From: Curvularia clavata
Lineage: Eukaryota
Direction of reading: 5' to 3'
NCBI GenBank assembly: GCA_023920165.1
Contig: CP089274.1
Coordinates: forward strand, 3,596,001 to 3,660,000
DNA length: 64,000 nt
Below the pieces are notes generated by a model, which searched no databases, had not been told where the DNA came from, and worked only from the letters and a program-made list of their open reading frames with translations. The first letter of the stretch is position 1, and each line of letters starts with the position of its first letter. Shown one piece after another: positions 35,561-47,500 of this stretch. Made by a program: the position numbers and the translations under genes.

Positions 35561-37423
35561 TCACAACTCCAGCGTTCCAATCCTGCTTCCTGCGTTAGAC
35601 CTATCCCCCCAAACTCCCTCGCCTACTCTCCTCCTAACCATAGTAAGCACATCCTGTCTACTGCCATCCTCTTCGAGCTTCCTTCCCAGCGTCTTCAAGA
35701 CTTCGAATTTTGCACTTGCCACTATGTAAGCCGCATTCTCAGCGTCGCCACGGCCACCGACAAGGTTGGAGAAGGTGGTAGCTGGCTTCAACAGTGAGGG
35801 GAATATTCCACCACTGATGGTGGGATCGAGAATGAGATCGAGACCAGATTTTGGAAAGTTGTTGAGGCGGGCATATGTTGGGTCGTCGGCGGGAACATCT
35901 GGTACGGGCTCTGTTGACCATGTAGAGGTTATCAAGGCGCCAACGAGCGTCAGTGCTGCCAATGCGTTCTCCTTCATGGCGATCGTCTCCATGTGAGTCG
36001 TAATGTCAGTGAACATACTCGGCTTCTTGCTCCAGAAAAGAGCCGTCAACAGACGTGCGTATACTGCTTCCGTCTGTGTGCGTTTGCTATCAGAGCCGAT
36101 GGTTTCAACCCGTGGGAAAGTGATTTCTTCCTTTGGCGGGCCGTGGAAGATGGCAGCCAGTGTTTTCAAAGCATCTTGGTTTGTCCTGGTGATTGGCATA
36201 TCAACAATTACGCAATCGTCCCAAGCTGGCCCGGAAGCTCTTCTGGGTATCAGTGTCGACCTCGGCATTGCGGCGATGATGTTCAGATTACTTGCTTCGC
36301 ACTTGCGGATATTGCGGTGGACATAGTTTCGAATGATCGGCATCTCTTCGCTGTTCTCAAAATTCTCAGGGTAGCACGAGGCGTAATCGCTGATATACTG
36401 CGCAGTCCGGCTGCTTAAGAAAGAATGGTCGAGGCTGGGATTTTCTGAGGTGTGAAAGTCGACAAGGTCTTTGTGAATACCTTCCTTCTTGAGAAAGTCT
36501 AAAGAGAGACTCGAGTCGTAATGAGAAAGGTGAGGTCTTGTCTTGACTTTGGTGAGGAGTGCGCTGTAAAACTGAAGTAGCGACATATGCATGAGCATAT
36601 CATCTTCCTTGTCGACCATCTTTAGTGCGGCGTAGTGGAGTAAGCCTTGGTCTTCCCTCAAGCCGACGTCTCGTTCCACATCGAGACCATAAGAAGAGAC
36701 CACGGCATTCCAATCCATGGCAGCAACGCGTGGTAGCCATGATAGTAGCCTGGCCTGGGAGATAGTCTTGTCGTGCTTGCTCAGCCACGGAAGAGGTGGG
36801 GCAGAGAGCACTTTCAATGACGTGTAGTGGTAGTAAAGCGAGCTGATGTCGCGGTCGCTGAAAAGCCGTCGCCATATAGGCCCAGTGCCATATGTGTGCA
36901 ATGATGAATTGCCGTCTATGGCCACAGGCTCATTCTTAGACACCTCCAGTAGTGAGGTGAGGAGATCTTCAGCCTGCGTTGCAACTCCCTCGTCCTGAGT
37001 GCATAGCCACAGGCGGACTATGGCTGATATGACTGTTGGACGGTTGGCAAGTGCTTGGGCGTCTGTACTGCTTGCAGTGGCCTTCTCAAGCAATGTGAGA
37101 AGGAGACTGTGAAATGGAGCAGCTTGTAGATCCAAGCCGATTTCGAAGTCGATGTCTTTGATGTCTTCGAACCGGTATGGCCCAATCAACTTGACGACGA
37201 AATGGACAAGTGGTGACGGATCCTGCTGGAGTTTGGGTAGCAAGGCAGCGATTTGCAGAAAAAGTGGTCTTGTCTCCTTCCAAACGTGACTTCTATATTC
37301 AGGCGTGTTTATAGAGAGCTCACACTGCTCGAGTAGGTCTGTGTCCAATGAACAGGTAGGGTCTTGGTCAACCTTTTGCAGGTGATCCGAGAGCTCGCCG
37401 AATGCTGCTGTGGATGCTGCCAT
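35561..37423 (-). CDS. ARM/HEAT-like protein, probable proteasome base assembly chaperone Hsm3-like
   Basis: Intronless 620-aa Leu-rich helical ORF with IWRRLFSDRD, TISQARLLSWLP and a C-terminal RIGTLEL. The CDS is clear; the family is from recollection only. Confidence 0.6.
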   Translation of the reverse strand: MAASTAAFGELSDHLQKVDQDPTCSLDTDLLEQCELSINTPEYRSHVWKETRPLFLQIAALLPKLQQDPSPLVHFVVKLIGPYRFEDIKDIDFEIGLDLQAAPFHSLLLTLLEKATASSTDAQALANRPTVISAIVRLWLCTQDEGVATQAEDLLTSLLEVSKNEPVAIDGNSSLHTYGTGPIWRRLFSDRDISSLYYHYTSLKVLSAPPLPWLSKHDKTISQARLLSWLPRVAAMDWNAVVSSYGLDVERDVGLREDQGLLHYAALKMVDKEDDMLMHMSLLQFYSALLTKVKTRPHLSHYDSSLSLDFLKKEGIHKDLVDFHTSENPSLDHSFLSSRTAQYISDYASCYPENFENSEEMPIIRNYVHRNIRKCEASNLNIIAAMPRSTLIPRRASGPAWDDCVIVDMPITRTNQDALKTLAAIFHGPPKEEITFPRVETIGSDSKRTQTEAVYARLLTALFWSKKPSMFTDITTHMETIAMKENALAALTLVGALITSTWSTEPVPDVPADDPTYARLNNFPKSGLDLILDPTISGGIFPSLLKPATTFSNLVGGRGDAENAAYIVASAKFEVLKTLGRKLEEDGSRQDVLTMVRRRVGEGVWGDRSNAGSRIGTLEL

Positions 37424-37840
37424 GGCTGAGCTCTGGGTGAGGGGATGGAGTAGGAGGATGCCAGCTGTGATGTCGACGCACCCAGAGGGTTATGACATGT
37501 CTAGTCTAGAACGTGGCAGGTAAGCAGGGTGAAAAGGAAGGTTCTAGCTTGTGCTCATGTGATTGCGCGTATGGAGTCGAGTGCACGCGTTCCCTGTAGC
37601 CTCGATAACTGGGGGCGTAGGGTGGCGGGGCATGTAAGTAAGCTTGCAGGTGGGACCCCACTCTCAGCCCTAGGGAACGGAACGTACCTAACTAGCACGT
37701 CGCGGCTCGAGCTGCACCGAAATAATTTCTGACTCGGCAACTTGCTCCAATCCTTATCTCGACGACACCGCACCCACTCATAACCGCGACGTAAGCATCA
37801 CGCAGCCCCGGCGCATATTATAAAAGACTGCTAGTAAAGG

Positions 37841-38823
37841 ATGCCACCTGCAGCAAGAGGAGGACGGGGCGGCGCGCGGGGTGGGCGCGGAGGAGGGGCT
37901 TTCAATCCCGCGCGAGGAACAGTAACCATTGCCGGCACAGAGCTCAACTGGGATCTGACTGGCCTCGACATTCAGAGAGGGCCTGCCGAGCGCTTTCCTG
38001 TGAGATTTTCCTGTCCAAGTGTTGCGCGCTATTGCCCGTCTGCGCAACCCAAAAGAGCACCACGAGCTTGGCGCATCGCATAGAGCACGCCTTTTGAACT
38101 CCCGCTGAGACATGAACAGGATGCTCCTCCTCCACAAGCGCCTCCACCAACCGACGATGAGCTGGGTATAGTCCGGCACCACCTCGCCGTGCGCGACCGC
38201 ATACACGAAGGCCCATTCTACACCATCCTCAATGACGGCATGAAGAACGGTCTCAAGAGGAAAGCCAACGAACCTGCGCCCACCGAGGCCTCCCTCTTCG
38301 ACCCTTTTACCGGAAATCAGACATACTCTGCAAAGTACCTCAAAGTGCGGAGGAGACTACCCAAGTTGGATGCCCGGCCATATGGTGAGTCGCTTGCGTA
38401 GATAGCCACACTTACCGGAGGATGAACCCTAACAAAACCACAGTCGTCGATCTCTTTCCCGCTGAGCTACGACCGACACTAGACGGAACACGCGCCGACG
38501 GTAACACAAGCAAGAAGCGCAGGACCCTGGGCGTTAGCAAGGTCAACGCCGAGTCCCAAATCGAGCGACTCATCAAGTCCGAGCAACTGCGCACCAACGA
38601 AGCCGAAGCCCGTGCCGAAGAAGAAGGCGACGAAGAAGGCGACGAGGAAGAAGAAGACGCCGATGAGGACAAGCCCGACGCTGTCGACGAGGAAGATAAT
38701 TGGTCTGCTGCGTCTACGGACTCGGAAGAGTCAGATGACGATTATAATGCTGAGCAGTACTTTGACAACGGCGAGGATGACGACATTGACGATGCTGATC
38801 CTTACGAAAACACGTACGAATAG
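37841..38823 (+). CDS. RPC31: RNA polymerase III subunit Rpc31, 3 exons
   Basis: RGG-rich N-terminus, HEGPFYT, TYSAKY, LFPAEL and an acidic tail with DDYNAEQYFDNGEDD. Introns 38000-38119 and 38385-38443. Confidence 0.88.
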
Positions 38824-39245
38824 TCGTCGTAGCGTGTTTTCAGGGCATATTGTATACGAATATGGTCGTATATACGCTTTCTCATTGAACATAGGCGTCT
38901 GCGAAAAGGCATAAGCACATGGCGTATGGATCATCATTTACTACATTCAAGCATGACTAGGCGTTTCAATCAATCTTAGATACCCAAATCTCTATTTCAT
39001 CAAGGACATGGCGCCATACTGCTGCTTCCAATGACCATGTGTGTAATCTGGATTTGATATCGTATTCAATTTATCGCTGCGTGCCATCTAGCACTATTCA
39101 TCCATCTCCTCATCGATAAATCAAATACAGATACACAATAAACACACCTGCCAACGCCAAACTAGTGCTAAAAAACGAGGGTATGTGCAATCAAAGTCGC
39201 TAAATCAAGAACCAAGCAGAAACGAATCAAAGCCTCAAAGCCTAT

Positions 39246-39265
39246 ACACACACACACACACACAC
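39246..39265 (+). repeat. (CA)10 microsatellite
   Basis: Tandem AC run in the 3' UTR region of the F-BAR gene. Confidence 0.9.
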
Positions 39266-39303
39266 TCCCTCTCTTGCTTTCCTCATGCATCCAACAAGCC
39301 CGT

Positions 39304-42300
39304 CTAGCACGGCTGCAAATAGTTCGACGGCACAAGCCCTGGTCGACCTTGCTTTCCCACCGCCTCGGCCTCCCACCATCCATCATCCTGCAGACGGAGG
39401 ACAGCCAGAATATCTCCCTTCTGGAATCCTAATTCCTCTGGAATCTGCGCTGCGTACGAGTACATGGCACGAGCTGTTGTTATCATTAGCCTTTGTAATT
39501 TTTTTTTCTCGACAAGAATCATGTATAAGGGGAAGGAGTAAACTTACAGTAGTTCAAAATCAATCTACCTTGACTGTTATAATTCTTCGGCTCAGCCAGA
39601 CTTTTGCTGCGGACTCGGGACTCTGCGCGAACAGAAGAGCCAGAGCCGCCGTTGAAGCCAAATTCGCTGCCGCCCATGTAGGAACTCTGGGGGCGGGCGG
39701 TGGTGCTGGGTCGACCTCGTACACTGCCTCCGTACTGGCTTCCTCCGTAAACGCTACCTTCGCCACGCTCGCTACCTGCAGTGGAAAGAGCAAGCGCCAT
39801 CTCGCTTCCTCGTGAGCTGCCTGGCCGTTCAGTCGACTGACGGAATGCAGGGTTGGGGCTGGCGGCTCGAGAGGATGCAGCTGCGCGAGATTGCGGACGA
39901 GACTGCGATTGGGCAAAAGCAGGCTGAGGGGGTTGTTGAAGAGGAGATGGAGCAGCTTGGGCAGGCTGCTGAGGCGGCTGCTGAGGAGGAGGTTGCTGCT
40001 GAACAGGCTTTTGCTGTGGGGGTTGCTGCTGAGGAGGCTTCTGTTGGACCGGCTGCTGCACGGGTTTCTGCTGCGGAGGCTGTTGTTGCAGAGGCTTGGT
40101 TGCGGCAGCACTTTGTATATTGACAGTTGGTGATGCACCACGTGTAGACGTGTACGTGTTACGTCCGACAGGTGTACCGTAAGCCTGAGCTGAAGCAGTA
40201 GTCGTCTGTGCTCGCGGCCTTCCTCCAGCGTTGGATGGAGCATAGGGATTTGGCGACGCTGTTCGACTGTATGAAGCTGCAGGAGAAGCTGGTGCCGGTG
40301 GTTGCTGCTGCTGTGGTGGTTGCTGTTGCTGTTGTCTCGATGCGGGCCGTGGTACTTGCTGCTGCTGCCTCGATGCAGGTCGCGGCACTTGTTGAGTAGT
40401 TGTTTGTTGACGTTGTGGACGCTGAGATGCCTGTGATGGTGGTCTTTGCGTAGGCTGTGCGGGAGCCGTCTGCTGTCGTTGCACGGGCTGGAAGGTTGTC
40501 GGCGACTGGGGCGGTTGTTGTTGAGTGGTACGGTAGGAATTTTGAGCTGGAGTTGACTTTGCAGTGTTCAGAGTTGGCCGAGGACTGGCAGGTGCTGGTG
40601 AGGCAGTTCGTGCAGTAGTAGAAGCCGCCGCAGCAGTATTAATCCGAGGAGCCTCTTGCTTTGTTGGGCTTCGACTAGGAGTGCGAGCGGCATCACCGCC
40701 ATTGAACATATTGACCTTTTGGTTCACATACATCTGTGTAGTCTTCTGCATCGCACGAGATGTATGAGCTGGCTTAGGGGCGCCCAAACGTGACATGGGC
40801 GGTTGATCGTACGAAGGCGGAGGCGTACCACGCTTTGCCGCGGTGATACTTGCATTGGCAAGAGGAGTGGGTGCACTGCCAGCCAGCTTTGAACCAACGG
40901 CAGGGGTAGCAGAAGGTGCGGGAGTGGCAAGACCGTGATAGCGATCCGCAGTCTGGCGCATAGCGGCCTGTTTACGCTCTTCGGGCTGACGGACTGAAGC
41001 CTGTTTGGTGACGCCCCTCAACTCTTCCAGAGCTTGTGCAATAGGATCGAGCTCTTCTTGTGCCCCGGATTCCTCTTCTGCCTTCTTCTTGTCAGGTGAA
41101 GCCACATCAAACACATTGTTACCGACATTGAGCTGGAAGTTTGCCCGAGGATCAGCTGGCTCTGGGCCAGGGGAGGGTGGCTTGCTCTCGATAGCCCTGG
41201 TGGGTCTGATAGCGAAGCTCTTGGTAGGGCTGGTGCTTTCCTCTGTGTTCCTTCGGGCGGGAGGCGTCCATGTCTTTCGGGGACTGGTCGATAGAGCTGG
41301 AGGCTCAATCTCGTGCTTGCTCTTCCTCCTTGCGAAGGGACTGTTGAAGAAACCCCTTTTCTTGGCAACAGAGCCCTCTTCAATCGGACTAGACTCAGCA
41401 AATGATGATTGCGGCATCGGCTTGCCAGGAGAACAAGAGCCACTAGGCGGCTCTACACTGGAGAAGGAGTTGGGGTTTGAACAGTCACTCTGCGAATCCC
41501 TGCTGGCAGGACGAACAGGACTTGGAATGGAACTTCGATCAGATGGTGCACCGATGCGGCAGAACTGTGTCATCCCATCTGCTGGGTAGTCATTGTGGGG
41601 TACCTGGCTTTGCTGATACTGCTGGCGTGCCTGCTCTTGTGCCTGAACAAGTCGAGGATCTGGCTGCACTCCCCGTCCCGTGTGTTGAGGCTGAATTGGC
41701 TGTGGAGACTCCACAGCTTGTCTTGGTGGTTCTGCGCGTTGACGCAGAGGCTCAATTTGTTGCCGCTTAGGTGGTTCCGAGTACTGCGGTTTTGGCGGTT
41801 CTACATATTGGGGCTTAGGCGGCTCCGTATATTGGGGCTTGGGCGGTTCTGTGTACTGAGGCTCGGGTGGTTCTGTGTACTGCTGCCTCGGCGGCTCGAC
41901 ATATTGTGGCCTTGGCGATTCAGTATATTGCCTTAGCGGCTGCACATGTGGGTTTGATTGTTCAATGTATTGTCTTTGCTGTTCCAAGTATTGACCTGGT
42001 TGCTCCACATGGTGCCGTGGCTGTTCAGCGCGCTGTCGTGATTGCTCTCCACGCTGGCGTGGCGATTCAGCGTATTGGCGCAGAGGTTCAACGTATTGTT
42101 GGGGTTCCTCGAGTTGTGGTGGCTCAACCGGCTGCCGGGATATATCCATCGACTGACGGGACCTGTCTACTGACTGACGAGATCTGTCCACTGAGTGGCG
42201 AGACCTTTCGGTTGACTGGCGAGGCATATCTATTGACTGACGAGCCCTGTCAGTTGACTGACGGGGTCTGTCTATGGACTGGCGGCGGCCATCTGCGGGC

Positions 42301-43438
42301 TGAAGGGGCAAAGCGTCTAGCTCATCAGGTGCGATTGGACGTGTGTCCTTTTGGAGACCCATCTCTCGAGCCAATGGGTTGTTTGGATCATGGTGGGACT
42401 CAAAGTTTGAAGGCGCTGGCGACGACGCGCGATACGCCGGGTTCAACGTCCTTGCAAACTGTGCGACCGAATAATTCTCGTCCTCAGAGGCTTGTGACGA
42501 AGTTTCTGCGTCTCCTCTGCAGAAATTGATAAACTTGGGCGCATCTGGGATCTCCTGACCGGTTCCAGAGTCTTTGATGAAGCCGATGATATCCTTCTCT
42601 ACATCGCAGTCCTCCAGCGACAAGCGTATCTTCTCGCACGAAGCATCGTCGCTGACGCATACAGTCGAGGCGATGTTGGTAAAGTTCCACAGGCTGCTCT
42701 TGGTGTAGTCGATGCGTTCTTCTTCAAGGTCCTGGAACTTGTCGCATGCGGCTTTCCAGTCCCGGTTCCAGCGGCCGGTAGTCTCTTCAAGCACCTTGAC
42801 CGCCGCCTCGTAGTCGGCGCTTGTTGTGGTAAGGTTGCTCTGCGTCTTCTCCAGCTTTGCTTTGTTCTTGCGCTCCTCCTGTCCCATGACCATGTGCGCC
42901 TGCGCTAGGAAGCCCTTGATCTTGAGACAGTCTTGCTCGTACCGGTCGCGTGCCTTGTTCATAGTCGCCGTCTGCTGCATCTTTAGTTTCAGCAACTTCT
43001 CAATGCCATTCTGCACAATCTTTCTCCGCTCCTTCATTCCTCCGGCAAAAGCCGCGAGGGGCTCTTCTAGCTCGGTCTTCATCTGCTGCGCTACGTTCTG
43101 GTGTGCTTTTCCCATGGACTCGACTTCGGCTCGGATGACGTCGCACGACATTCGAAGTGTGCCGCTCTCACAGGACCCGAGGGGCTTCCGTGAAAGATTG
43201 AGGAGTTTGCGTGCATAGTCTTCTTCGATTGCTGCTCGTGCGGCGTAAAAGTGTTTGAGTTCGTCGTTTGTGACTTTTGCTGCGTGCATGCGGTCGAGCA
43301 TAGGACCGACGCCCGCGTCATCTTTGCCCCAGAAGTTGTTGGCGACTAGCAATGTTAGCTGGTGATTGCTGCAGACTGTACTTTGGTACACATACACGAG
43401 AGGGAAACCGAGGGCGGTTCCGTCGCCATTGCACCCAT
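39304..43438 (-). CDS. HOF1: F-BAR + SH3 cytokinesis protein (S. pombe Cdc15/Imp2, S. cerevisiae Hof1-like), 3 exons
   Basis: SFANNFWGKDDAGV, ARAAIEEDYARKL, FQDLEEERI and SH3 RAMYSYAAQIPEELGFQKGD...DDGWW...GLVPSNYL. Introns 43395-43346 and 39547-39474. Confidence 0.9.
41760..42290 (-). repeat. Coding tandem repeats in the F-BAR gene: about 24-nt (QYTEPPKP) and 21-nt (RQS[TIV]DR[SPA]) units
   Basis: Visible in the translation and in the DNA as recurring ctgtgtact/attgggg and gactgacga/gactggcg units. Confidence 0.85.
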
Positions 43439-44584
43439 TGTGGAGGTGTTTACAGCTCCAGCCGGAGGAGGGGATTGCGACGACTAGCAGGCAATACAAG
43501 GAAATGAATGCTTGCAAGAATACTTTTGAAAAATGACAGGCAGTCCAAACATGCGGGCAATGGAAACTGTGCCGGATGTTGGGGATGTGGGCCGGGGTGC
43601 GTTGGCGGTGTACCCTATGTTGACCCTGGAGAGAATCACCATGGCGACGCGAGGGGTAGCGCCAAAGCTGACCAGCCAACCCCAAGTAGAGACCAAGACT
43701 ACAGGTTACTAGCTGAGGACTACAAACGCCCCTGATTGTTGTTTTTGACAAATTATCAGCACAGTCTGGTCTCTGCAGGTCCCCGGGGCTGCTGTCCTGT
43801 CTGCTACTCTCTCTATGCACCCGTTTGTATCCATGCCTTTGTTGCCTTTGCTACCTCAGTACCACGGCGCGGGGCCAGCGGGCGGGCGGGCAGTTTACAT
43901 GTGTTAGCCTGGACGTATTGACCATCTGTTGCCGGCCGCAAAAAGTAACGCTTGAGGCGTGCGTGAGCAATGTGTCGTCACTATAGTATGGGTCGACTGT
44001 CTTGTGCATTGGGTGCACAGGGTGCCCTACAGCCCGCATGCTGCTCAGTGTAGGCGGATTGCATCATAGGCACCGAGCACGTGCTGGAGATTGAACGGTA
44101 TCCAGGCACGGCAGTGTCCGGGATTGCATTTGGCCGCATATGGGCTTTGCGATGTGCAGATTGAGTCGTGGCAGGGAAGCGTCGTCGACTTGGCTGAGCG
44201 AGTGTGGGGTATACTCTGAGTAGGTATACAGACTGCCACAAGAGGGCCGGCTGAGCGTGGCAGAGGCCAGCCCACCATGAGGGGACCCAATTGAATGGCA
44301 GCCCCAGGCGCAACGCATCTAACAATTGTGCTGCGGGCTCGCCATAATAGCGCAGCGGCAGACTCTCAGTCGCGACTGTGCCCAAGTCAGGTCCAACGTG
44401 GCCCGCTGCGAAGGTCGCTGGTCTGCGACAACGTGCCAAGCCCGCTTCGCTCTTCGTGCATGGCCGACTGAACGTCTGGTTATCACACCTGCACCCAAAA
44501 CCTCACAATCCCATCTCCACCCCACTCACCCCCTCCCCCTCGCTCTCCCAGCCGCCACGCGCTGCCCATGGAAAGCCTCCTTCG

Positions 44585-47500
44585 ATGAGCCAGCAACACC
44601 CCTGGGGCGCCCCAAGACAATCCCAGACGACTCGCCTCGCGCCCATCTCGACTGCCTCTGCCCACGAGCAGCACCGCAACACCACCACCACCACTACCCC
44701 CTCGCCCAACCATCCCGCCCCGAATCAATCGCCCGCCACTGCTCACTTCCCCTCCCTGCCGTCCGCGTCCTCGCGCCTCGTCAGCAGCCGCAAGTCGTCA
44801 GCAGCCTCGTCGACGTCGTCGCCCTTCTCGCCCGCAGGACAGCAGCTCCCCGCCAGCCAGCTGCTGTCCTCCCGTGGGTCCAGGACCATAGCGCCCCAAG
44901 CTGCATCGCACCTGGCTTCCTCCGCCGCAGCCGCTACTCAGGGCGCCAGTGCACAGTCAAACAGCGGCGGAGGAGCATCCAAGCTGGTCCGCGCCTCGCC
45001 CTCGCTCTCCGTCTCCAGCACCACCGGCTCCCCCAGCACCTCGGCCCACTCGTCTGCCGCCTCGTCCCAGAACCTCTCCCGCATCGTCATCGCACAAATC
45101 TTCCTCCTGCTTAGTCAATTCGGCCCCGTAAAGGACGACAAGGACCGCGCTAAGTGGGACACGCAAACCGAGCAGATCAGGAAGGTTCGTCGTCGCTCGC
45201 TCTACGCCCGCCCCATCACCGCCCTGCTTTACTGACGCGCCCCCAGCTCGTTGACACAAACGGCATGGAGGTCTTTACAAAGTATTTCCGCCGTGTGCTG
45301 CAGAACAATGCAGCCACCATCTTCGGCTCCGGCGCCCGCAACGCCGATGCCAATGGCAGCTACCAGATTCTCCTCACAGAGGTACACAAGATACGGAAGG
45401 ATCCTGACCAGGCAGACAAGATAGCAGAGTCCATCAGCACCACAGAGGGTGACTTGTTCCGTGACTTTGATCTTGCAACCTTCATATCCCATTTCAAACT
45501 CGACTCGATCGCAAAAGCAATGCTCGCGCTCGCATGCAGAAAGACAGATTTGCGGCCCAAAGGTGCGTCTCCCTTTCTCTTCCCCATTGAACAAAGGCAT
45601 TGACTTACTTTCTTTCTAGCGGACGCGGTGCTTTCCACCTTAGGCGATGACTTACTCATGTCCATTGCGCAGCCCATTCAACCAGAGGATATGAGCCACG
45701 AGTATCTCGCCGCCCTTGTCGAGCGTCTACTACAAGACCCACCACCAGGCTGGGATGAGGAGAAGAAGATGAGCTTAGCATATGCCGTCCAGATGCGGTA
45801 TCAGCAGATACACCAACAGATACCGGGCATCGTCGAGTCAAAGTTGATACTCGTCGAGCTCACCGATGGGGCGCGTAACCCTCTTGTCAAGCTCGTCAAA
45901 CAGGCAGGACCCCAAGGCACGGCAACAGTCGAGGCATGCAAAGAAGTACTTGCGTCAGCCGAGACACGCGACATCAGTTACCAGCAAGTAGCGGCAGTCT
46001 TGCTATACCTTGCCCTTTCGACCGGATACAATGCGAAGAACTTTGTGGCTGCCCTCCGCGAACATCGGACAGGGCAGCGGATAGACTGGCAAGATGTGGT
46101 CCTCGCCTTTGATCGAGACCATCTGCGCATTGAACGACATCAGTTCCTGGCCATCTACAACGCCTTGCTCCCGGTAGCCCAAGAGAACGAGAAGTTCGAC
46201 ATACAGGCATTGTGGGGAGGTCAATGGCAGCATGACTTGACGCAGCTGTACTTTGTGGTCGCTTTTCTGTCATCCACAAGACAGGAGCTGGATGTTACTC
46301 AAATTCCCAGGCTTCGCACGTCGTACTCAATGAAGACATTCGAAGGCGCTTCAGAGGATGCCAGGGCCTTTGCCGAGGAGGCTGTCAGGCATCCGTTTGT
46401 CTCGCTCGACGCAACTGCAGCTCTCTTCAACATGATTTTCCAGACCTCAGAGACGTACCACACGGCCCAGCTGATGGGCATACCCGACTTGGTGATAAAC
46501 CCTCACACAGCCGAGTTCCTGGTAGCAGCAGCGGCGGTTCCCAAACCCTGGGGTGCATTGCAAGAACAGGCACTCAAGCAATTGTTTGATCCCTACTTTC
46601 ACAAGAAGCTGCCCATCTACAACTTTGTCCTCTACGGCCTGTGGCAGCAGGATATCCAATGGCTCGTGGACCGCTTTGTTGATGCATACAATGCCGATTC
46701 CATGACCCTGACCCTGATTCTGGAGCATGCGGAGACAAATAACTGGTTAGAACCATTGATCCGCAGCAATACTGACATCAGCTTGGACTTGGCGGCACAA
46801 GCACACGCACGTGGGAAATTCGAACTCGAACCCTGGCTACAGCAGACATTCGATCAAGCTGGGCCGCTTTTCCGCCGCATTCTAACCAACTTTCTTAGTG
46901 CGAGAGCTGGGGAAGAGATGCAGCGCCTACGAGACGACCATCAACCCCTTAACCTACCATTAGCAGTAAAGACGGTGTACCCACTCCTTTGGTTCCTTGC
47001 GGAATGCGGCCTTCCTGAGCAGGAACTCCTGCCCTTGCAACGAAACTGTATCCAGGCATACCCTCGCCTGATCAACTACGGCGAGGGTGTAGACGATGTG
47101 ATAGATGCCAACGGTCAAAACGGCAACGCACTCCCCGAAGAGGCCGACAAGAAGATGCAAGAGCATTTCAAGAACATGTACAGTGGTGACAGCGATGTCA
47201 GAGATATCATCTCTGCTCTCAAAAAGTACAAAGAATCTCGCGACCCTGCGGATCAGGACCTGTTTGCTTGTATGATCCATGGCCTGTTCGACGAATACAA
47301 CTGTTTCGGGGAATACCCGCTTGAAGCATTGGCAACAACTGCGGTACTTTTTGGCGGCATCATCAACTTCAATCTTCTGTCCCGAATTGCACTTCAGGTT
47401 GGACTAGCAATGGTCCTAGAGGCGGTACAGGAATTCCGGCCCGAGGACAGCATGTACAAGTTCGGTCTTCAGGCTCTCATTCACTTTTCGAATCGACTTT

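Noticed and set aside
41760..42290. CRISPR-like periodicity
   Set aside because: These are in-frame coding repeats without unique spacers, in a eukaryotic gene.
43439..43820. N-terminal extension of the 1433-aa F-BAR ORF
   Set aside because: It reads through a canonical 50-nt intron. The spliced start at 43438/43429 gives the conserved SFANNFWG.
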